From the NCBI RefSeq assembly GCF_009914755.1, contig NC_060931.1: a DNA stretch of 64,000 nucleotides; one strand, 5' to 3'. Origin of the DNA: the human T2T-CHM13v2.0 reference genome, Homo sapiens. The notes under the pieces were generated by a model. It was not told the origin of the DNA and made no database searches. It saw nothing but the letters and a program-made list of their open reading frames with translations. The position numbers and the translations under genes were made by a program. Shown here in pieces: positions 54,327 to 64,000 of this stretch; position 1 is the first letter of the stretch, and each line of letters starts with the position of its first letter.

Positions 54327-56349
54327 ATTTGGGGGGTTGTGTGGACTGATGGGAACAACTTTCTATACTAACCACTTTCCTGCACTTCCATGCTGCCTTA
54401 CTTGTACATCTGTACCCACATTTCCATTTTCTCCAATCTTGAAGTAATCGTCTGTCTCTAGCTATAGTTTCTACCAGCTTTGCTTCATTCTATTATTGGC
54501 TTTTTTTCCAGGTTGCAGAGAAATGTATGATGCCCTTCCTAATGTCTAAAAAATTTCATCAATCTTCAATTCCTTGCTGATATTGGTCTTGCATTTTCTC
54601 TACCACCCCACCAGCAGTGCCTAGATTTGCCAGAACACCAACCCTTTAATATGTAGGGCAATACTCTTTTTTTGTTCCTTTGAGCTAATTCAGGCATTCT
54701 CACATGCACACATTTTATTGGCCATTATAGGTCAAAACCTACCCCCACAAAGGCCACAGACAAGTAAATAACACACGTGGCACAGTGTGTTCAACTCAAG
54801 ATGAGAGTCAGCACGTTTTCAATAAGGCACAGTAACTATTCACCAGATTATTATAGGATTCAGAGCACATAGGAGATATACAGTCATGTACGTAAGAGTG
54901 TGTGTGTTTGTGTGTTTATTTCAGAGACAAATAATGCTAAAATACTGCAATCCTTCACAGGTAGGACTTCAGTATCATATTCATGCTAAGAGTACATTGT
55001 TGGCATCACTTAAATTGTCTGTGATGTACTTGATTGACTGTGTTTTATGGCTAGTGAGAAAAATAGAGATATATAGTTTACAGTAACAAAAAAGAGAAAG
55101 GTGGCTATCCACCTCACATCTAATTCCCTGGTTTCAGAAGGTAACTCAGAAAAGGTTCTCTCCCACGCAATTAAGTGAGCTAATGAAAGGCAATTTACAC
55201 AGCAGAAAGAGAAAATAACTAAACAAACTTATTTAACCTATGGCCTCATCAGGACCAGAGAGTCTCCTTCCTGTAGTCTAGAACTCCTGAACCTAAGAAA
55301 CAATTCAGTTGATTTTCGTCTTTTGTCTGCAAACATCTAAGAAATGTTGGTTGAGAATAGAGTTTTGTGTTAAGCTGTTTGAATTTTTGAAAAATTATAT
55401 ATATATATATATATTCATGCCTTATATGTCTCTAATATCACTAAATTTAATCAATAGTGGTTTTTAAACAAAGTATCATTTTCTCAATAACTGAAAACAG
55501 AAGTATTTTCCTTTGTGTCTGTCTTTGAGTTTTCCATATCTAAAGCTGAGAGTAGTGAGGGGCTCACACTGTCCCAAACAGATACCACCATACAAAGTGA
55601 CTATTTTTATAAATACTGTCTTCCAGGAGCACAGCGACCTCTGCAAAAGCATTCTTGCAAACTCAATATTATCTCATGGTGGCAAAGTGATAGACCTATA
55701 AGGGGTCCAATTATTCAGGAAAGACTTGAGGAATGTTCTGCAATAATGTCGGAGTAATTCAAGTCTCTACTGCTCCCATACCTGCAGTCTCCTCCCATCA
55801 AAGTGAGGAATCTGTTGAGAGTTTTTTGAAGTCATAACTTCCCACTTTGCTAAGAATATTATAGCCAATATACCACAACATCTTTATCCACTGTGTGTTT
55901 TTTCTCTCCTACGCTGTAATTAAAATGTCCAACATTTAAATACTTTCTATTGTTTCCAGCTTAGTATGGGCAAAGGTTGTAATTCTGGGATAGACCTAAT
56001 TACAAAGTCCCATGTCCCATTCTGAGCCAATTGCAAGCTTTTGCAAGAATTTTATAATCTGGAGCTCTGACATTTCCCAAGTGAATATCCACAAGTAGTG
56101 TTAGTGCCCGATTGTCTGAAGAAATATTGATCTCTCCAAGCTACAAGCATTTCATGTTTGGAGAATATATGATCCACACTAGATATTATTCTTGATCTAC
56201 ACTAGATATTCTTTTACTCCAGATGTAATCTACATTGAAGATTGTGAAGGATCTGTAGTTCTTTTTCTTTCTCCATCCATAATAAGCGCCATTCTCCAGT
56301 TCCTACAGGTTGTTCCTAGGCTTTATTTACGTATCTCGTTCTTTCAGAA

Positions 56350-56809
56350 AGTCCTAGACTGATGTTGTATTTTTCGAAGTAATGCTACCTGTTCTATCAG
56401 CAGAACCCAGAAATTTCAGTGGTTTAGCAAAAGGAAAGTTTCTTTCTCGCTCATGTCACAGTCCAGTGAGATTATTCCTGATTGGGAAGCTCTCCTCCAT
56501 ATGATGAATCAGGGACCCAGAATCTTCCCATCTCGTGGCTGAGCATCTTCATCAGGCAACTCCCAAAGCTGCCCTAGAAGTCATTTCCATCGTAACCAGC
56601 TGAAGGGATAATGAACATGGAGAACCTCACAAGGGAGCTTGAATATGACAGGCCTCAAAGTGGTGTAATTACTGCTGCTCATGTTTCCCAGGCTCAAACC
56701 CAGTCACACAGCCACTTAATTGCAATGGAGGTTGGAAAATGCAATGGGCTGTGTAAGCCCAGGGGGAAGAGGAAGCAGGTTTGCTAATTCCCAAGCAGCC
56801 TCTGTCACA
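56350..56809 (-). mobile_element. MLT1 (MLT1K-like) solo LTR
   Basis: AAATTTCAGTGGTTTAGCA...TTTCTCGCTCATGTCACAGTCCA...CAGGGACCCAG...CAGTCACACAGCCAC...CTCTGTCACA. Confidence 0.7.
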
Positions 56810-56958
56810 AGGGCTTTTGCATCCTTTTGGACATCGTCACTGATGGAAGATGGCCATAGGACTGAAACAGCTGGCTTGCTCCGTGCAGACTTCTCCTTCC
56901 TGGTCTTCTGATTTCTGGGTAAGGGAACTCCTGGGCCTGCCCATGGGGAGCATCTTCT

Positions 56959-57787
56959 TTTTTTTTTTTTTTTTTTTTTATTATACTTTAAGTTTTAGGG
57001 TACATGTGCACATTGTGCAGGTTAGTTACATATGTATACATGTGCCATGCTGGTGCGCTGCACCCACTAACTCGTCATCTAGCATTAGGTATATCTCCCA
57101 ATGCTACCCCTCCCCCCTCCCCCCACCCCACCACGGTCCCCAGAGTGTGATATTCCCCTTCCTGTGTCCATGTGATCTCACTGTTCAATTCCCACCTATG
57201 AGTGAGAATATGCAGCATTTGGTTTTTTGTTCTTGTGATAGTTTACTGAGAATGATGATTTCCAATTTCATCCATGTGCCTACAAAGGACATGAACTCAT
57301 CATTTTTTATGGCTGCATAGTATTCCATGGTGTATATGTGCCACATTTTCTTAATCCAGTCTATCATTGTTGGACATTTGGGTTGGTTCCAAGTCTTTGC
57401 TATTGTGAATAATGCCGCAATAAACATACGTGTGCATGTGTCTTTATAGCAGCAAGATTTATATTCCTTTGGGTATATACCCAGTAATGGGATGGCTGGG
57501 TCAAATAGTATTTCTAGTTCTAGATCCCTGAGGAATCACCACACTGACTTCCACAATGGTTGAACTAGTTTACAGTCCCACCAACAGTGTAAAAGTGTTC
57601 CTATTTCTCCACATCCTCTCCAGCACCTGTTGTTTCCTGACTTTTTAATGACTGCCGTTCTAACTGGTGTGAGATGGTATCTCACTGTGGTTTTGATTTG
57701 CATTTCTCTGATGGCCAGTGATGATGAGCATTTTTTCATGTGTTTTTTGGCTGCATAAATGTCTTCTTTTGAGAAGTGTCTGTTCAT
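56959..57787 (-). mobile_element. 5'-truncated L1PA2 (~830 bp: end of ORF2 plus 3'UTR)
   Basis: Poly(T) from 56959; L1PA2-type 3'UTR (GAG, CACAATGTG). TSD GCATCTTCT at 56950-56958 and 57788-57796; TT/AGAA endonuclease site. Confidence 0.93.
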
Positions 57788-59278
57788 GCATCTTCTAAGA
57801 CAAGAAAGGAAAGAAAAAGTGGCAAAATGAATTACCAATAAATTATAGCTCCTTGGTTATCAGGGACACGTGTGCATACATTAAAAACAATTAAGCAGAC
57901 ATGATAGGAAGCTAAGTGTGCACAGTGAGAAGCTCTGAGAAGTAACTGGTAGGTGGCCCACACAATTTCAACCCCTCCTTAGTACACAGCTGGGGCTGGC
58001 ATTCTGCTACAGATCTGCTAAGTCACCTGCCCTTTACTCATTGTTTCCCTGGTCCCCAGCATCAGAAGGAAGTTCAACTAGGGAGTTTGATTTTGCTGAG
58101 CTGGACAAAGCAATTTTCTGGTGTCATCTCATTTGCTAGCAACTGTGAGATGTCAGCACCATGCATGGTGTGGACCCAGGTGGTATGTGCATGCCCAGAT
58201 ACACAAAGAGCATACAACAAATGTCTGGAGAACTGTGAGAAAGACTCTTTCAGAGCAATAATTCTGTGTGATATAAGAAAGCCAGAGAGTTAACTGTCAC
58301 CAAGGTCCTGGGAGTAATTTGATTTTTATGGTAAACCTGGGAGACCTTTTTCCCTACCATTCCTATTTTGAGTGTAACTTTATCTTGTTTGCTTTTATGG
58401 ATGCTAAAGGCTGGAAACCTTTAACACTGAGAAAGTTCTCAGATTTAATCTGGACATTGTTCAGCCAGATTTGCCAATCCAAATGGGATTTTCGGCCTCT
58501 GTGGAGAGAAGGGATCTGGAAGCAGGGAGATGCACAAATGCACAGTCACCTCTTCTTCCCAGCCCTCATTGCTAAGGCCGAAGGAAGAGAAAGAGGTCAA
58601 AGAAAGGGCTGGGTATTCCCCTTTAGGCTCTACCTTCCTGAGAAGAGTTACCCTGTGTGGGTTTCCTCCTGATCCCTGACATGGAACAAACTGGATCCCA
58701 GAAGAGACTGGGTATCTGCGGAGCTTGCTCTTTCGTGGATCTGGGGGCCCACAGTCTTCAGCCTACCACAGAAATGTTTCATTGCTTGGGCGAGAGACCT
58801 CACTAGAGCCCTGTAGCCCCCCACAGGGGAAAATCAGCAGGGCCATTTTGTGTAGTGCTTAGGATTAGAATGCCTGGTGTTCAAATCTTTGTAAAAGTGT
58901 CCTGTGACATTATTACAGTGCCCTATGTAATTCAACTGCTCAAAATGCATTTGAGAATTTGTCACACTTCTTGCTTTGCTTCTTTCTTTTTCTCTCTGGC
59001 CTCCCATATCATATTTCTTTAAGCGATCATTATCTTCACAGCCAGTGAGCAGGAAGAGGAAATAAATGAATGTCTCCTTCCTTCAGTGAATGAGGAGGGG
59101 CCCCCTCCAGATAGTCCTTTATATCCTCTCCTGAGAGACATTTGATTCCAAGTTGATCACGAAGGTCATAGTTCACAGTCAACACCCAAGCATCTACACA
59201 GCAGCATTAAAAAGAGGAGTTTTGTCATCAGTGATGAAAAGGAGGACAATTGGGGAATTTCAAGTAGCTCTAAAACAC

Positions 59279-59607
59279 AGTAGAGTTCTCACACTCAAAA
59301 GCAGACAAGGGTCAACAGGTAATGAAGAGTGAAACTGGCTGGGAGGAGATTGGGGGCAAACTGAAGAGCCCTTGGCCCACTGGAAGGGCCACCACTCCCC
59401 AACATCCATTCATCACTGCCAGGCCAAATGGGGGGCCACTGTTGCTAGATCCATTGATTTTCTAGAGAAGCAGGGGAAAATGTTCCCATATGAATTATCC
59501 CATTCTCCAATACTGAAAATTAATTCATGCTTTCAAAAATACTTTGCTGGCCAACCCAGACACACTGAATGGTGGATGTCCATGGGGACTTCACTTTGCA
59601 ACCTCTG
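59279..59607. mobile_element. MER102-like hAT-Charlie element
   Basis: AGAGTTCTCACACTCAAA...GCCACTGTTGCTAGATCCATTGATTTT...TTTGCAACCTCTG. Confidence 0.65.
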
Positions 59608-59745
59608 TAAGTCTACCTCTCTACAAATAATTGAGGGCCAGCTATTATTGATATGCTCTTCTTGTCCATTTGTACATTTCCTGGTCATAGGACTTCTGTG
59701 TGAGGTAGTAAAATGAAATAATCCTCATTAAGAACATATCACTAG

Positions 59746-59910
59746 AGACCAGGAGCAGTGGCTCATGCCTATAATCCCAACATTTTGGGAGGCTGAGGCA
59801 GGAGGATCACTTGAAGCCAGTGAGCTATGGCCTCCTGTGAGAACCACTGCACCTACTGGACAACAGAGTGAGACTCTGTCTATAAAAATATAAGTAGATA
59901 AAAGTAAAAA
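59746..59910 (+). mobile_element. Alu monomer, FAM-like
   Basis: Single Alu arm containing CCTGTGAGAACCACTGCAC (compare FAM CCTGTGAATAGCCACTGCAC) and an A-rich tail. 17-bp TSD TAAGAACAT(A/T)T(C/A)ACTAG at 59729-59745 and 59911-59927. Confidence 0.75.
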
Positions 59911-62900
59911 TAAGAACATTTAACTAGGAATACAGATAAAATAAATTCAATCTACGGTGGAAAGTAAGAAGCTACCTCATCTCCTTATAAAACTATGGTC
60001 TTTTCTCAGCAGTTTAAATTATTCAACATTATTAGATGTAATGTTCATTGAAAGAAGATTTTTGAAGTCATTCAAATCCAAGAATTTGTTCTTAGGAAGC
60101 CTGGCCACAGACATTACTAAACAGCAGCATTGGACAACTGTGGAAAATTCCTCTCAATCAGACCTCAAGAAAGATCTGTTGATTGATTGGAAATGGGAGA
60201 ACTGCTTGTCCTCAGGAGGACAAGAAGAGAGGATTTGAATAAAAGTGCTGAAAATCTGAAACAAAGAAAGGGTCCTGTAAACAGCCTAGATAACTGGGCA
60301 GACAAGCCTGCCTGACTTACGAAGGAATATGACCCATCCATGATGGGTTCCATTAAAGGATCAAGGAGGCCTTCATAAGGAAGATTGGAGGACATGCCTG
60401 TGGCTGTATGCACATGTATGTATGTGGCCTTTGGCTAAAGGCCTGGACCAGAGTCCCCCAGAGTTTGGAGTTTGATTACTTCAAACATAGACATCTACAC
60501 TACTAGATACATCTTCTTTACTAAGTGTAGGCTTCACCTCCATCCCACTCCCACCCCCAAACTCATCCCAAGGTTGAGAATCACTAATTAATTGGCCTGA
60601 ATTCATAGTCACTGGACAAGGTTATTGGACATACACTGATTTCGTTATCACACACCTTCTAAAAGTTAATGAAAGGTTTTTATTAATCCAGGTTTTAATA
60701 GGCTACATTTCTTCATACCTAAAGAAGTAAAATGGGGGAAAAATTGAAAATAGTAACAGGAATTGATTATTTTTAATCTTTGTAAGTTCAAGATAACTCA
60801 GTTGATTGTTTTGTATCTCTTTGACAGAAAAACGAAATCAGGCACACACAAAACCGGATTCTCTGTGTCCTCATGAAACCTGCCTCTAAGGATGCATTTC
60901 TATTTATTTTTTAGTAGAAAAATTATCTTCCTTATGGTTTGCCTGTGCTTCCTTTTCATTGCTGCAGGGTTTCAGAGCCTGGGGAACTGGGCTTCTGGGG
61001 TCCAGGAGAGTCAGTGATGCCGGCAGATGCTGTGTCAGTGCCTTGCACGTGCCATCCTGGATCTTACGGAGGTCAAGATTTTTCCTCCTTCTTTTGTTCA
61101 TCTTGTTCTAGGGGTATGAGAGTGCTTCTCCCTTGTTTAAGAACCCTAATTAGGGATTTTAAATCATATACTTAGTAATAACTGTAAGAGCAATTTTTAA
61201 AAAGTTTACAACAGGGTAGGAAATACAAAATAGTCACACTAATATAAAAAACACCCTCAAAAATAAAATGCATAGACAAAATATCAGAAATATTTTTCAC
61301 AATTTTCCTTGGTCATGGGAGATTTTTCCAATCTTCTTTCTACAATTAATCAAAATGAAATGCCATTTAACTTCAGAGAGATGCTTTTTTTCCTTTGATG
61401 ATGAAAGCAAATAATGGAAATAAATGAGAGTTTTATTACATTCAACTTTTCTTTGCTGAACATCAATTCATTCTATAATTAAAAATGTATTTTATAATTT
61501 ACACATTTTTAATTTATGAAGTTAAGTGTCTTTGTTACCTGGTCTCAGTCATCTACAGCAGGGAGCAGGGACAGGATGTTATGAACTGATGGTCTCCACA
61601 GTCCAGCCCCTAGTGCTCAGAATCCAGGGGTACTCAGGCACTGGACGTTGGATCTCAGCATCAGCAATGAGCTGCATCATCTCTGACAGGAATGGGTGAT
61701 AAGAACATTTCCCTTCACCATTTTTAAAAGCCAGGTCCTTGATTTGCATGGGCAGGAAGGGGGAACATGGTTGTGGGGGTGGTTAGTTTACCACATCACA
61801 TTTTCACATTTTCATCTATCATAATTTAGATCTTTACATTTCTTGAGTTGGTGACTGATAGCCTCCAAACACATAAACACTCTCCACCTGTACAGAATGC
61901 ACCAGGGACTCTGCTCTCATAAAGTCAGGACCAAGGTAGAAGTGAATAAAATTCTAAAGCCCACTCCTTAGCAGTAGTAAGTCCCAGGATCGGCCACGGC
62001 TACAGAAGGTGACAGTTTCTGGATGCTGTCAGTTTGCAGCAAATTGAAGTTTTGTGGTTTTATCTATTACCAGAAAAGCCCTCCAAAAAAATGTAGCCAG
62101 TGGGGAAGAAAGCAGGAGTCCACCGTCTCATTTTTAACAAGGACCAGCTGAAAAATGAAGGCGCACACCACACAAACCAGCTTATGTCTGCCAATTCATT
62201 TCCTGGCCCCAAAAGAAAAAAAAAAACCCTCGTGTTTCCTCTTATGCAGGCCAAACATGGCAAAGCACCAAGGGAATTCTGAATGGAATCAATTGCACTT
62301 GTTACTAACTGAGTTTTCTTTTATTCTTATATTACCAAGGGCTGGATACTCAGCTGCAAGCAATTATAATGAAGAGTTACTGAGTAATGGTTTCCAGATT
62401 GCTCCATGATGGGGCATTAATTGAAAGGGACAATTTAAGAGCTTAGGCCATGTAAATGCATTTCTTATTCTGTCAGATTGAGAAATTTCTGGATGCAAAA
62501 GGCTGAAATGCTTAGAACTGATAAAGACTTAATAATGCCCATTTAAGCCGGTATTTTCAAAACGAGTTTCATGTTTTTAAGAGAACAAATATTAAATGGT
62601 GAACCTGTGAGCTTGTTCATTCAACCAGGACAATGATCTAAATAGCACATTGGCATGCTGCACTCATATTATAAACATATACATTGTATAAAATGTGACT
62701 TGTTTAGTCTGTTGCATTGCAAAGCCGGTTAAGTTTGCAAGTAAACTTTTATTTTTCAGTTCTCATGCTATTATGATGCATATTGAGCACCCTCTCTTGC
62801 TCTCTTGCTCTCTATATATGCTTTAAAATTTTAAACAGCATTTAAAAACACATAAATTAGTTTTATATGTGTATGCATGCTTTAAAATTTAAAACATTTC

Positions 62901-63209
62901 TAAACAGATTTGCTTGCATATGAAAGTGGACCTTCTCAAAAATTAATTGTGAAGTCCGTATCAGAAAGCTTTATTTTGGCTTTTTTAAAGTGGGCTTTTA
63001 TTTCCCTGAGCCGCATTAAGCCGTAACATTTTCAAAGAGGTTCTCTGATATGCCACATTAAAGATAAGTATCATAAGACAGTAAGACAGTTAATGCCAAG
63101 CAAGGAAGAAAATCACCAGCTCTCTCAAAAAGGGGGAAAAAAAGAGTAGTACTCGTTTTTAAAGTCTAATTTCAGACTTCTGCATTAGTACTAGTTTTAC
63201 TTATGAAAA

Positions 63210-63300
63210 CGAAGGAAGAGAAGGAAGGAGGGAGAGAAAGAGAAAGAGAAAGAAGAAAGAAGGAAAGATGGATGGATGGATGGTAGACAGAAAGAAATAG
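63210..63300. repeat. Purine-rich simple repeats (GAAG/GAAA/GGAT)
   Basis: GAAGGAAGAGAAGGAAGG...GATGGATGGATGGATGG. Confidence 0.8.
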
Positions 63301-64000
63301 ATGCAGATACATTTTAAGACATGAATTCATCGTTGAGGAGAGATGGACACCACTGCTTTTTCTCATTCTGTTTTCTAAGTCTGAATTGCCATCTGAGAAT
63401 TGGACTTTTACCTTTCCTTCTGACTTCAGTCTGGCATTCTGGATTTGTGCACAGTAGCTGTGGTGCTGATGGTAGACTTCTCCTAGAGTCTTGACACAAA
63501 CCATGACATGGATGGCAACATAGGCAGAGGAAAGAAGTTGTCAACCTGGGGAAATTGAGAGCATTCAATCCAAGAGAATGAAAAGGAAAGGCCTCGTGTT
63601 ATACTTGTTATTATACATTGCCCATTTTTACTCATTCATTCAACAAGCTATGTTGTACCCTTTCTCCATCTGTACTTCACATGCTGGCAAAGCACAAAAC
63701 AAGGATGAAGGCATCTTATCTATTCATGGGCATATCTTCATTTATTAGACAATTCCTAGACTCTTCCTTGGATGGAAATCTTCTTTCTTATTGGATTAGT
63801 CATTCATAGAATGAAAGCCCTGAATTAATATCTGACTCTTCACCTTGGGCTGTTCTTTATCTGATAGTTGTGAAAGTAAGCTCAAGCACCAGTGAAAAAA
63901 TCTGGTGGTCTTTTCTGCTCACTGTAAAGTCAAGGTCAAGCCCCATCAGAATGTCCCAAACAGAAGTCAAAAACACAAGCACTTGAAAAGTGGAAGGTCA

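Noticed and set aside
56850-57320. 156-aa ORF nearly identical to the 14299-14529 ORF, suggesting a duplicated gene
   Set aside because: Both are antisense translations of the L1 3'UTR and poly(T).
56959-57787. Direct daughter insertion of the full-length L1 in this window
   Set aside because: About 20 differences, including different lineage-type alleles in the ORF2 part.

Overview
Primate genomic DNA, human or great ape, judged from AluSp, L1PA2, MIR, L2, MER and MLT repeats. No host protein-coding exon could be supported, and I cannot name the locus. The main feature is a near-full-length L1PA2 (8482-14491, +) with a 16-bp TSD. It is retrotransposition-dead (ORF1 R110*, 1-bp ORF2 frameshift after K1000), but antisense ORF0 is intact and the 5' junction clips the YY1 site. 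Also present: a 12 x 59-bp near-perfect VNTR (7121-7828); a tailless 5S rRNA retrocopy with TSD (15740-15781); a near-full-length Tigger1 (16791-19138, -); an inverted 5'-truncated L1PA2 (56959-57787) whose last 156 bp are identical to the first element; many ancient MIR/L2/hAT/MaLR relics; and only two Alu-family elements. The unique DNA holds several CpG-retaining, motif-rich blocks, candidate non-coding exons and a ~100-bp hairpin. I found no clearly new biological system. The best lead is a possibly de-repressed L1PA2 bidirectional promoter that could drive an antisense spliced transcript through the VNTR. Subfamily calls are from recalled consensus sequences, and the boundaries of ancient repeats are approximate.
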